A stretch of DNA of 12,694 nt. Source: a virus. Taxonomy: Duplodnaviria > Heunggongvirae > Uroviricota > Caudoviricetes. How positions within the stretch are numbered: the first letter of the stretch is position 1; every line of letters begins with the position of its first letter. The notes below the pieces were generated by a model that had not been told where the DNA came from, searched no databases, and saw only the letters and a program-made list of their open reading frames with translations. Of the stretch, positions 1 to 8,007 are shown piece after piece. The position numbers and the translations under genes were made by a program. The stretch covers positions 1-12,694 of IMG/VR virus record IMGVR_UViG_2529293249_000016; one strand, given 5' to 3'.

Positions 1-69
1 CACGCACTGTTTAACGAACCGCTGCAGGGCGAATCCGCCAATGCCAGCAATATTGTGGAGATTTTTTGA
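1..69 (+). CDS. 3' end of upstream gene, probably the terminase large subunit (P-like); partial, start lies outside the window
   Basis: Frame 1 is open from base 1 to a TGA at 67-69 that overlaps the portal ATG at 69-71 (TGATG). P2-family gene order places the terminase ATPase gene directly upstream of the portal gene. Frame 2 is also open to 80-82, so the frame choice is not certain. Confidence 0.35.
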   Translation, partial: HALFNEPLQGESANASNIVEIF

Positions 70-1094
70 TGGGAAAGAGTAAGAAGAACCGCGCTGCGGC
101 GACGAATCAGATCCAGCTTAAAAGTCAAACTACAGCCGAAGCATTCAGCTTCGGCGATCCCGTTCCTGTTCTGGACCGCCGAGAATTACTGGACTATGTG
201 GAATGCGTACAGATGGACCGTTGGTATGAGCCGCCCGTCAGCTTTGACGGACTGGCGCGCACCTTCCGCGCTGCCGTGCATCACAGTTCCCCGATTGCAG
301 TAAAGTGCAACATTCTGACCAGTACCTATATCCCTCACCCGCTGCTCAGCCAGCAGGCTTTTTCACGTTTTGTGCAGGACTACCTGGTATTTGGTAACGC
401 CTACCTGGAGAAACGCACGAACCGCTTCGGTGAAGTTATCGCCCTTGAGCCTGCGCTGGCAAAATACACCCGACGCGGGTTAGACCTGGATACCTACTGG
501 TTTGTGCAATACGGTATGACAACCCAGCCGTATCAGTTCACGAAAGGCAGCATTTTTCATCTGATGGAACCTGACATCAACCAGGAGATCTACGGCCTAC
601 CAGGTTATCTTTCTGCCATTCCGTCAGCCCTGCTCAACGAGTCCGCCACGCTGTTCCGCCGGAAGTATTACATTAACGGCAGCCATGCAGGCTTCATCAT
701 GTACATGACCGATGCCGCGCAGAACCAGGAGGATGTGAACAACCTCCGCAATGCGATGAAAAGCGCCAAAGGCCCTGGCAACTTCCGCAACCTGTTTATG
801 TACTCGCCTAACGGCAAAAAGGACGGGCTTCAGATCATCCCGTTGTCAGAAGTCGCGGCGAAGGATGAATTTCTGAACATCAAGAACGTCAGCCGTGATG
901 ACATGATGGCGGCACACCGCGTACCGCCTCAGATGATGGGAATTTTGCCGAATAATGTTGGGGGTTTTGGTGATGTGGAGAAGGCGAGCTGCGTCTTCGT
1001 AAGAAATGAACTATTACCACTTCAAAAAAGATTCATGGAAATAAACAGATGGCTTGGTCATGAAATTATAAATTTTGAAATATATACATTATAA
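69..1094 (+). CDS. Q: Phage portal protein, P2 gpQ-like
   Basis: ORF track 66..1094; the track start is a TTG, the first ATG is at 69 (MGKSKKNR...). Length of about 341 aa matches P2-family portal proteins and the position is next to the cos region. The last roughly 30 codons are conspicuously AT-rich compared with the rest of the gene. TAA stop at 1092-1094. Confidence 0.8.
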   Translation: MGKSKKNRAAATNQIQLKSQTTAEAFSFGDPVPVLDRRELLDYVECVQMDRWYEPPVSFDGLARTFRAAVHHSSPIAVKCNILTSTYIPHPLLSQQAFSRFVQDYLVFGNAYLEKRTNRFGEVIALEPALAKYTRRGLDLDTYWFVQYGMTTQPYQFTKGSIFHLMEPDINQEIYGLPGYLSAIPSALLNESATLFRRKYYINGSHAGFIMYMTDAAQNQEDVNNLRNAMKSAKGPGNFRNLFMYSPNGKKDGLQIIPLSEVAAKDEFLNIKNVSRDDMMAAHRVPPQMMGILPNNVGGFGDVEKASCVFVRNELLPLQKRFMEINRWLGHEIINFEIYTL

Positions 1095-1131
1095 AACCCA
1101 ACGGCATCACAATGATGCCGTTATGAACGAA

Positions 1132-2193
1132 TTAATATTCAAAATTATTTTCTTCAATAGAGAACTCAATCCCTCGGGATAACTTATCAATATTCACATC
1201 AAATGCGATATCTGTTAATTCACCATCCTCGATTTCATACATAACTTCAATTTCAATATCGAAACTAATCTCTTGAACTTCAGTTCGTGTGGTTGTCTCC
1301 ATTGGAATCATTACTTTATCTTCGCTATCCCAATACCCATTATTAAAGTCTGGACCAGAAACAGTAACTTCAAAATCTACAGAAACAGAGAAGGTCGCTA
1401 GACAATAATTATTGTCAATCTTAATTATTGATGGTTCAAAGTCATCAATATTGACGACTTCAAATGAATCCAATTCAGCGTCTTCCCAAGTTGAAACGTT
1501 ATATCCATCGGCATCATTGAGTTGGGCAATTACGTCCGCTCTTATGTCTTCACGTTTGCTTTCGATAAACTGCATCAATTTATTACTTAATTCGTTTGTA
1601 TGCGTATTGTATTCACCTAGAAACTTATCAAGTGAATCAATTTGATGAAGATTGTTTTTACCATCACAATAATTTTTTAAGTCACTATCCTCAGAAATGA
1701 TATACACATCTTCATCATTAACAAATCGCTCTACCGCAGCTAAATTGATTGCATCAGGAAACTCACTTTTTTTCTTATTTTGCCCAAATGGTGGTTCTTT
1801 GCCAAAGTATTTATCTAAAACCTCATTAAGATCTATCACTTCTATTGTAGCTAATTTGGCGTGACATCCTTTCAAAAAATCATCAAAAACTTTTTGTGCT
1901 GCTTCGTGAATTTCATGTTCGTTAAATTGCTGAAAAAAACCATGGAGCGGTCCATTATCAATACTATTCAAAAGCCTAGCTTTTCTTTGTACTGTGTTTA
2001 TAGCCTGCAGAGCATCCTTTATTGATTCCTCTATTTTACCTTTTACTTCTCTCTCTACAACTGTAGTTGTAATTAAGACTAAATCACCTTTCGCACATAA
2101 TTCATGGAAAGCTTTAAATGCTACCCCCTCAAAATGAAGACCAGCCTTTACGTACGTTTGTGTGTCAATAAATACCTTATTTGTTTTAAGCAT
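1132..2193 (-). CDS. AT-rich cargo protein of 353 aa with an N-terminal PIN-like domain (VFIDTQ start) and a very acidic C-terminal half; candidate anti-phage or toxin nuclease
   Basis: ATG at 2193 with AGGA about 7 nt upstream. N-terminus MLKTNKVFIDTQTYVKAGLHFEGVAFKAFHELCAKGDLVLITTTVVEREV resembles PIN-like nuclease folds (DUF4935-type); the C-terminus is D/E-rich. Strongly AT-rich and convergent with the portal gene, lying between portal and cos. Confidence 0.7.
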   Translation of the reverse strand: MLKTNKVFIDTQTYVKAGLHFEGVAFKAFHELCAKGDLVLITTTVVEREVKGKIEESIKDALQAINTVQRKARLLNSIDNGPLHGFFQQFNEHEIHEAAQKVFDDFLKGCHAKLATIEVIDLNEVLDKYFGKEPPFGQNKKKSEFPDAINLAAVERFVNDEDVYIISEDSDLKNYCDGKNNLHQIDSLDKFLGEYNTHTNELSNKLMQFIESKREDIRADVIAQLNDADGYNVSTWEDAELDSFEVVNIDDFEPSIIKIDNNYCLATFSVSVDFEVTVSGPDFNNGYWDSEDKVMIPMETTTRTEVQEISFDIEIEVMYEIEDGELTDIAFDVNIDKLSRGIEFSIEENNFEY

Positions 2194-2317
2194 ACTAATC
2201 CTAATAAGTTTTAAGATCCGCTACAATTGTTTATGTTTATTTTTTATCAATAATCATACGTAGTTAAGATTATCCATGTCGAAAAATTAAATCAACTTCA
2301 ATTTATCCTTAAGCGCG

Positions 2318-2339
2318 CGCTCGTATCCCCGCCACGCCT
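2318..2339 (-). other. Candidate cos cohesive-end site
   Basis: The reverse complement of 2318-2339 reads GGCGTGGCGGGGATACGAG..., which matches the first 13 nt of the P2/186-type 19-nt cohesive end (GGCGAGGCGGGGAAAGCAC in P2) as I recall it. The location next to the portal/terminase genes fits. Confidence 0.45.
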
Positions 2340-2387
2340 GCCCGCTTTATGTAGTGGTTTTCATGCAGGTGCATGATCTACGCAAAA

Positions 2388-2407
2388 GCCCGCCAGTTCT
2401 GGCGGGC
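2388..2407 (-). terminator. GC-rich hairpin (GCCCGCCAG / CTGGCGGGC) followed by TTTT on the - strand; possible terminator or cos-region structure
   Basis: Inverted repeat gcccgccagttctggcgggc; on the - strand it is followed by TTTTGCG. Confidence 0.3.
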
Positions 2408-2680
2408 CTTAGCAAAAACGATCCTCAAACGATCATGCAATCTCATGCAGCATAGACATGCACAGACGAGTAAAGCGAATCGGACCTTACGCAAGGTGAA
2501 CTCCTCAGCGGGCATAATCAGTATGTCGGAAGATCTCTAAAAATAAATAATTCGGTTAACAGGTATGCTTACAAAAGCATATATTTGATTAAAAATCATG
2601 TAAGGGGGAGGATCTCAAACTGAATCGCCACGGGTTTTACAAATTTCGATAGTCTCTCTAACGTTTCGGCTGAGGTCAAA

Positions 2681-3106
2681 ATGAAAAGCTTTTACGTATT
2701 AATTTTAATTCTGGTTGCAAGCTTTGTTAGCGTCCCAGTTCAGGCGGTAACAGCTAAAAACTATGAGAAAGGAACTAAAGCTCAACAGAAATCAATATCT
2801 TACCTTTCATGTGCATTCTATGGCAGTAGCACACAATTAGATCCTAGCTACACGGAGCAAGTACCTACAGCCGATATCAAGATATTACAGAAAGCAGCTT
2901 ACCACGCTTACAACGATGCGCTCTCATACTTTGGCTATGAGGAACCAGATCACGAACAACGCATAATTGATTATGCTGAATTTGTGGCGTCGCAAGAAGC
3001 TGTGTTATGGGATAAGCCGGGAATGAATGGAAAGCAGGTAACACTAATTGCTCGTTCTCTCTACAATGAGAGTAACTGTAACTTGTTACTGGACTCAATT
3101 AAGTAG
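2681..3106 (+). CDS. Small secreted or periplasmic protein (141 aa) with an N-terminal signal peptide; AT-rich moron of unknown function
   Basis: ATG at 2681 with GAGG 5-8 nt upstream. N-terminus MKSFYVLILILVASFVSVPVQA-VTAK has a hydrophobic core and an AXA-like cleavage site. AT-rich and located between cos and the tum-like operon. Confidence 0.65.
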   Translation: MKSFYVLILILVASFVSVPVQAVTAKNYEKGTKAQQKSISYLSCAFYGSSTQLDPSYTEQVPTADIKILQKAAYHAYNDALSYFGYEEPDHEQRIIDYAEFVASQEAVLWDKPGMNGKQVTLIARSLYNESNCNLLLDSIK

Positions 3107-3265
3107 GAAAAAGATGGTATTTTGCCCGTAGTTTCAACCTTAATCTCCGAACCTGTCGCAGAACGGGCGTTCACTCATCAAATAAACGCCACACCTAACG
3201 CCTCACTGTACTCGTTGTTCAACCTTGCTGACGCCAGAACCAAGTTCAGACGCCAGCAACTTTTC

Positions 3266-3499
3266 TTAATGCAGCCAGCTGTCGTCTTCCCACACCTTCT
3301 GCATAATCTTCATCACTTGTTTTCTTTCTTCGTCCAGTTGCAGTCCGGTCAGTTCCACACCGTTAGAGCTACCTTTGCGGATGCGAATTACCATTTTGGG
3401 ATACAGGGGGCGCAGATTGCGGTAAAGCTCGGATTCAAGGGCGTCCAGGGTAGACTGGCTAATCTTCTGCTCTTTATCGATCATTATTTCAATGCGCAT
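3266..3499 (-). CDS. DinI-family protein (77 aa), SOS-regulated; corresponds to the DinI-like C-terminal part of 186 Tum
   Basis: Internal ATG at 3499 gives MRIEIMIDKEQ...WEDDSWLH, which follows the DinI pattern (MRIEV...WE..D.W). GAGGTG lies about 8 nt upstream and overlaps the stop of the preceding ORF. Confidence 0.7.
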   Translation of the reverse strand: MRIEIMIDKEQKISQSTLDALESELYRNLRPLYPKMVIRIRKGSSNGVELTGLQLDEERKQVMKIMQKVWEDDSWLH

Positions 3500-3509
3500 A
3501 AAGGTCACC

Positions 3510-3698
3510 TCAGCTGATGACATCCATTGAGCGGTTGTATTCGTGGGTTCTGATTTTTGCCATGAGTTCATCAGTCAATTCAGAAACCCACTGCAGAGCC
3601 AGCCCCTTCTCTTCATCACTACACTCACTAGCCGCTACAAGCTTAAGAAAAAAATCAATGCGCTGGAGCTTCAAAGACTCCAAAAAATAGTCCTGCAT
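3510..3698 (-). CDS. Small protein (62 aa), first gene after the LexA box; candidate Tum-like antirepressor N-terminal module
   Basis: ATG at 3698 with a perfect AGGAGG 5-6 nt upstream. It lies about 43 bp downstream of a CTGT-N8-ACAG LexA box and directly upstream of the DinI-like ORF in a different frame. Confidence 0.55.
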   Translation of the reverse strand: MQDYFLESLKLQRIDFFLKLVAASECSDEEKGLALQWVSELTDELMAKIRTHEYNRSMDVIS

Positions 3699-3740
3699 CT
3701 TTCCTCCTATGACACCAAAGTAATACTGTATATATAACCA

Positions 3741-3756
3741 CTGTTTATATTTACAG
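3741..3756 (-). promoter_or_regulatory. LexA (SOS) box CTGT-N8-ACAG in the promoter region of the tum-like/DinI-like operon
   Basis: + strand ctgtttatatttacag (3741-3756) fits the LexA consensus CTGT-(AT-rich)8-ACAG; an adjacent half-site TACTGTATATATAA sits at 3724-3737. A candidate TTTACA -35 lies upstream on the - strand. Confidence 0.6.
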
Positions 3757-3771
3757 TATATAATAATCTTA

Positions 3772-3800
3772 CTGATGTAAAACGTTTTTTTACGTTCATC
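3772..3800 (-). terminator. Imperfect hairpin downstream of the A gene; possible early-operon terminator
   Basis: CTGATG...CATCAG inverted repeat enclosing AAAACGTTTTTTT, about 50 nt beyond the A stop codon. Weak call. Confidence 0.25.
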
Positions 3801-3850
3801 AGCCTGAAATGCCTGGTATTATTAAGAGCACGAATTGTTAACCCGCGTAA

Positions 3851-6265
3851 TTAATACAGGTTCCGCCACTTATCATCTTCCTGCAAACGCTGGTTCCGAT
3901 AGAAGATACGCAGGCCTGCTCCTGACGGAATACTGCCGCCGCGAAGGAGTAAATCGACCTCTTTCTCGCTGCCATCAAATCCTCTGGACTTCAGTTCATA
4001 GACGAGCTGCTGTCGCTGATGGTCTGTAATTCGCTGTTTGTAGTCTTTACGCCGTTTCGGTTTCACCAGGCGTAACCTTGCAGCCAGTTCCCGGCGCTCT
4101 TTTTTGCTCATACTGTGCAGGTATTCGTGCAACTCCTTGTCATCCATGCGGGTAATGTCCGTTCTGGTATCCCCATCAGCTGATTTGTCTTTCCCTTGTT
4201 GGTTCAAATTTTCAGCAAGGGGACAGTTATTGCCACGAGTCCAAGGGGCGCAAGCGCCCTGGTCGGCTGCCGCCTCCTGAACGTCAACGGCTTTACGAAC
4301 CATTTTCCACTTTACTGCATGAGTGCAGATCTTGCCCTCTGCAATGGGTGACCAGATGCCATAAATACGAATGCCGTGATCGCCATAGGCGGTCGGCTCT
4401 TCGTTGATTTCATAAGCGGTTCTGATGAGGTGATATTTACGGGGAACCAGTACGCCGCCCTGCTTCATGATGTAGGTGGCAAAACAACCAGCATCAGCAG
4501 CAGCCAGAATGGCATCAAGACGCGGGTTATCCAGTACCGGCGCACCTGCTTTTTTGTCACCCTGTTGCCTTGCCGCCTGACCAGCCAGCAAGCGAAGTTC
4601 ACGGTAAGCCTGACGCCCCGGAATACCAAAGAAGCGGAATTGCTGAACACGATGCAGAGACGCCCAGGCATTCACGTATTCAGCGTTATCACGCAGAGAT
4701 TTACCCGTTTCCTTGCTGATCTCGCCAGCCAGACCACGACCGTCAATGTTCTTACTGATATATTTCGCGATGTAGCTTGTCGGCGTTCCTTTGCGCGGGT
4801 TAATCAACTCAGACTTAAAGCGCGGCCCAGTGTTATTGCCCAGCTCCTCGCGGTCTTCACGGATGGCAAATTTACGCAGTAATGCAGTGATGGCACGGCG
4901 GTCTTTTTTGCGCATGAAACACAACAGGTGCCAGTGAACTGTGCCATCATGATGCGGCTCAGCCACCCGCACGCCATACCAGCGCAACCCGGCTTTGTGC
5001 ATCGCCTTACGAAATGCAGCAAACATGCCGACCAGATAATTGCTGCTTTGTCTTACCGTCGCGTTTGTCCAGGTCGGGTTTGGTCTGCCGTTATTTAGCG
5101 TGGAATGGAAACGCGACGGACAGGTGATAGTGTAGAAAACGGCGCAGTCACCGCGCATTTCCGCGATAAGCTCCAGACCTTTAACACAGGCCATCATCTC
5201 ATTGCGGCGATGCGCAGGGTTGCTGCTGCTGGCGTTTACCACATCCTCCATGTCCAGCGTGTCGCCGTCTTCGTTCACCAGTTCATGAGAACGGAAAAAC
5301 TCCAGCGACTTACGGCGCTGCTCACGTTTATGCATCACGGCTTCATAGCTGACATAAGGAGATGCTTTTTTGCTGACCAGGCAAACAGCGCGCAACTGCT
5401 CTTCCCGCCATTCGCAACGCATCTTCCATAATTTCCGATACCACCAGTCGGCGCACAACATACGCGCCAGCGAACCCGGAATGAGTTCATAGGGCACGGG
5501 TTTACGGCGGTTTCTTTTCCGACGGAGTTGCTCAAACGCAGGTGGGATGACATCCAGACGCAGGGTTTCCGCTGCCACCTTTTCCCATGTCTTGCGGATT
5601 TCTTCTGGCTTAACGTCATCGGTGGCATACAAATCACCACAAGCTGCATCAAGGCACATACTCATATGCGCAGCTACCAGGGTGGACAGGCGTTTCACCT
5701 GATCCTGACTCATTTCAGGCAGGATCAGCAGGCCGTCCAGCCCTTCATGGCTTGCCATAAAGCGAAAAGATGCAGATAGCTGACTGTCGCGTACATGCTC
5801 CAGTCGTTCCAGACATGGCTTAATCGTCTCACGTAAATAGCGGGAATAAGCCTTTGGCCTGCCCAGGCTGCTGAAGTATTCAATACGTTGCATCAGCGGC
5901 TTGCTGATATGGGAAGGCTGGGCGTTGACGTCCGCCAGAATGACCATGTCTGAATTAAAACGCTGCTGCTCATGCGCCAGCTTTGCCCGGCTAATGAGCT
6001 TATCCTGCTCCATTTCGCGCTGGACAGGATCACGTGATTCATTAAAGAAATAACGCTCCCAGACCTGATCACTCAGTGCCTCGCGGCGCAACTGTTCCTG
6101 CTCGTTATCGGCAGCGTACAGAGTGATCAGGTTTGAAAGCGTAGAAACCGGCGCAACTTCCGCCGGGTCCAGATAAGGGTTAATGGCCTTTTTCGGGCTG
6201 TTCCATGAGAATGCTGCGGCAGCCTCGTTAAAGCCGCAGCAGTTGTTCATATCGGCATGACTCAT
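3851..6265 (-). CDS. A: Rolling-circle replication initiation endonuclease, P2/186 gpA family (804 aa)
   Basis: Large ORF at the expected position in the early operon. Contains the tyrosine-rich active-site-like motif [11 protein letters not shown] characteristic of A-type initiators. Its ATG (6263-6265) overlaps the Dam stop (ATGA). Confidence 0.85.
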   Translation of the reverse strand: MSHADMNNCCGFNEAAAAFSWNSPKKAINPYLDPAEVAPVSTLSNLITLYAADNEQEQLRREALSDQVWERYFFNESRDPVQREMEQDKLISRAKLAHEQQRFNSDMVILADVNAQPSHISKPLMQRIEYFSSLGRPKAYSRYLRETIKPCLERLEHVRDSQLSASFRFMASHEGLDGLLILPEMSQDQVKRLSTLVAAHMSMCLDAACGDLYATDDVKPEEIRKTWEKVAAETLRLDVIPPAFEQLRRKRNRRKPVPYELIPGSLARMLCADWWYRKLWKMRCEWREEQLRAVCLVSKKASPYVSYEAVMHKREQRRKSLEFFRSHELVNEDGDTLDMEDVVNASSSNPAHRRNEMMACVKGLELIAEMRGDCAVFYTITCPSRFHSTLNNGRPNPTWTNATVRQSSNYLVGMFAAFRKAMHKAGLRWYGVRVAEPHHDGTVHWHLLCFMRKKDRRAITALLRKFAIREDREELGNNTGPRFKSELINPRKGTPTSYIAKYISKNIDGRGLAGEISKETGKSLRDNAEYVNAWASLHRVQQFRFFGIPGRQAYRELRLLAGQAARQQGDKKAGAPVLDNPRLDAILAAADAGCFATYIMKQGGVLVPRKYHLIRTAYEINEEPTAYGDHGIRIYGIWSPIAEGKICTHAVKWKMVRKAVDVQEAAADQGACAPWTRGNNCPLAENLNQQGKDKSADGDTRTDITRMDDKELHEYLHSMSKKERRELAARLRLVKPKRRKDYKQRITDHQRQQLVYELKSRGFDGSEKEVDLLLRGGSIPSGAGLRIFYRNQRLQEDDKWRNLY

Positions 6266-7119
6266 GCACGTACTCCGTACACGGCAGAACTATCCACGCC
6301 ACGCGAATAATCAAATCCCATCCAGCAGCGCGGCCCGGAAACAGCAATGATTTCTGTTGCTGATTTACCCTCGCCAGCTGCCACACCGATGCTGCGTTTT
6401 ACCTTGATATAGTGGTGAGTAAAATTGCGATACAGCGAACGGATCAGGGATGTGTCACTGTTAGAAACAATGACCGGATGTCCTTCTGATGACCGATGTT
6501 CAAGAACGGATGCCAGGTGATACTGGTCATCTTCAGTGAAACCATCAGTGTGATAGCCGGAAAACGTACCGTCATATGGCGGATCGCAATACACCACATC
6601 TCCCGCCTTCAACATCGCCAGCGTTTCATCAAAGCTGGCGCAGATAAACGTTGCTCGCTGGGCTTTTTCTGCAAATGTGCGAAGTTCTTTTTCAGGGAAA
6701 TACGGATTTTTATAATTACCGTAGGGAATGTTGAAATGCCCGCTCTTGTTATAGCGACATAAACCACGGTAACCGTGACGATTGAGATACAGGAAATATA
6801 CCGCTTTCATGAAATCAGTAATTTCAGTTGAGCAGTTAAACTCCTGCCTTATGTTGTAATAAGCCACCTCCCTGTTTGCGATCTCAAATAAAACTCTGGC
6901 GCGAGATATAAACGATTCACAATCAGCGGCAACCTTTTTATAGAGGTTGATTAAATCAGGATTAATATCCGCAACCAGATAGCTGTGATAATCCGTTTCC
7001 ATCATCACAGCACAGGAACCCGCGAAAGGTTCAACCAGTCGCGGGCCAGCAGGAAGGTATTTTTTCAGTTCTGGCATAATGGCGGTTTTATTTCCCGCCC
7101 ATTTCAGGATGGTGCTCAT
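6262..7119 (-). CDS. dam: DNA adenine methyltransferase, Dam-like (D12 class N6-MTase)
   Basis: Internal ATG at 7119 ([11 protein letters not shown]...) preceded by GGAGG. Motifs EPFAGS (AdoMet binding) and DPPY (catalytic) are present. The track ORF extends upstream from a non-optimal start; I place the start at 7119. Confidence 0.8.
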   Translation of the reverse strand: MSTILKWAGNKTAIMPELKKYLPAGPRLVEPFAGSCAVMMETDYHSYLVADINPDLINLYKKVAADCESFISRARVLFEIANREVAYYNIRQEFNCSTEITDFMKAVYFLYLNRHGYRGLCRYNKSGHFNIPYGNYKNPYFPEKELRTFAEKAQRATFICASFDETLAMLKAGDVVYCDPPYDGTFSGYHTDGFTEDDQYHLASVLEHRSSEGHPVIVSNSDTSLIRSLYRNFTHHYIKVKRSIGVAAGEGKSATEIIAVSGPRCWMGFDYSRGVDSSAVYGVRA

Positions 7120-7343
7120 ACAGCACCTCCGTTGTAATGTTTGCCTTTCAGTTCTGCGATTTCCTGACAGGTAATGCAAAGCTGCACTCCCGGAATGGCG
7201 CGGCGTCGTGCTGGCGGAATTGGCGCTTCACATTCAATGCAAAGTACGCGTGACACGCCCGGTGATTTGGCACGGGCTGCACGGATATGGCGCTGGCGTT
7301 CTTCTTCAACGCGCTGCTGTACGAGATCCATTGCATCAGCCAT
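7116..7343 (-). CDS. TraR/DksA-family C4 zinc-finger protein (75 aa)
   Basis: CIEC-x17-CITC zinc-finger spacing typical of the TraR/DksA family. Stop overlaps the dam start (ATGA) and start overlaps the upstream stop (TAATG), indicating translational coupling. Confidence 0.7.
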   Translation of the reverse strand: MADAMDLVQQRVEEERQRHIRAARAKSPGVSRVLCIECEAPIPPARRRAIPGVQLCITCQEIAELKGKHYNGGAV

Positions 7344-7576
7344 TAGTGGATCTCCTGCGCTTCGTTCTGGATTGCTTCAGCAGTCACGCGCAGCAGTTCT
7401 GCCGCTTCCACGTGGTTTAGCTGGCGGGATGAGATATGACACGCCAGGCTATCAAGGCGAGCAGCCATTGCTTCAGCCCTTGCCCGGCGTTCTTCCAGAC
7501 GAGCCTCTGTCAGTAAAATATTAAGCCCTGCGTCATCCGGTCCGGTTTTAGTCGTGAGGGTTTCAATATTACGCAT
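7343..7576 (-). CDS. Hypothetical early-operon protein (about 77 aa)
   Basis: The track start at 7582 is a TTG; the first ATG is at 7576 with AGGAG about 9 nt upstream. No recognisable motif. Confidence 0.5.
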   Translation of the reverse strand: MRNIETLTTKTGPDDAGLNILLTEARLEERRARAEAMAARLDSLACHISSRQLNHVEAAELLRVTAEAIQNEAQEIH

Positions 7577-7643
7577 AATCAATTCTCCTGAATTTAGATA
7601 AAGGGATGCCCGGCGGGTTTACGCCATTAATTTCATTAGTTGG

Positions 7644-7985
7644 TTAATTCGGCATGGTTAGCCGTCTGGGAAATAAGCTCACCACTGCACGAAAATGATT
7701 CATTGCTTTAATCAGCTCCCGCTTTTCGTCAGTGGTCAGCTCATTAATGCTGATGCTATGACGTTCAGCTGGAATTTTTGCCATAAAGAATATGGCAGCC
7801 AGTGCCCGTTTATTTTGTTCATTATTGATATCCCGTGGATCACGCATATCTTTAATAAACCGCTCAAGCTCTGACTCAATATTCAGGCCAAAAACTTTCG
7901 CCCTTAACTCCGCAATGTGATTAAGTCCATTCAGGCGTTCACCGGGGCTTAATGGAACAGTTGCTGCAGCGCCATTAATTGCCAT
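7644..7985 (-). CDS. Hypothetical early-operon protein (113 aa)
   Basis: ATG at 7985 with GGGGGA about 9 nt upstream. Same strand and operon context as neighbours. Confidence 0.5.
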   Translation of the reverse strand: MAINGAAATVPLSPGERLNGLNHIAELRAKVFGLNIESELERFIKDMRDPRDINNEQNKRALAAIFFMAKIPAERHSISINELTTDEKRELIKAMNHFRAVVSLFPRRLTMPN

Positions 7986-8007
7986 ACTTCATATCCCCCA
8001 AACGCAG

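Noticed and set aside
1412-1645. 77-aa ORF on the + strand
   Set aside because: Antisense within the PIN-like cargo gene; serine-rich low-complexity translation typical of an AT-rich shadow frame.
2566-2583. Short inverted repeat TATGCTT-acaa-AAGCATA upstream of the secreted-protein gene
   Set aside because: A 7-bp arm in AT-rich DNA is likely to occur by chance; no supporting promoter or terminator context that I can establish by eye.
2877-3098. 73-aa ORF on the - strand
   Set aside because: Antisense within the secreted-protein gene, with no supporting start context.
3122-3517. 131-aa ORF on the + strand
   Set aside because: Lies entirely antisense to the DinI-like gene and the convergent interval, has no convincing RBS, and its protein is low-complexity; most likely a shadow ORF.
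3543-3737. 64-aa ORF on the + strand
   Set aside because: Antisense to the tum-like ORF and overlapping the LexA box and promoter; no RBS.
3835-5779. Several + strand ORFs (3835-4029, 4376-4882, 5105-5431, 5528-5779) and - strand ORFs in other frames (4465-4671, 4804-5022, 5335-5652)
   Set aside because: All fall inside the 804-aa replication initiator gene, antisense or out of frame, in GC-balanced DNA where long spurious ORFs are common.
6496-6762. 88-aa ORF on the + strand
   Set aside because: Antisense inside the Dam methylase gene.
7148-7524. ORFs 7148-7336 (-), 7174-7524 (+) and 7208-7420 (+)
   Set aside because: Alternative frames or antisense across the TraR-like gene and its neighbour; the TraR-like frame carries the recognisable zinc-finger motif, these do not.
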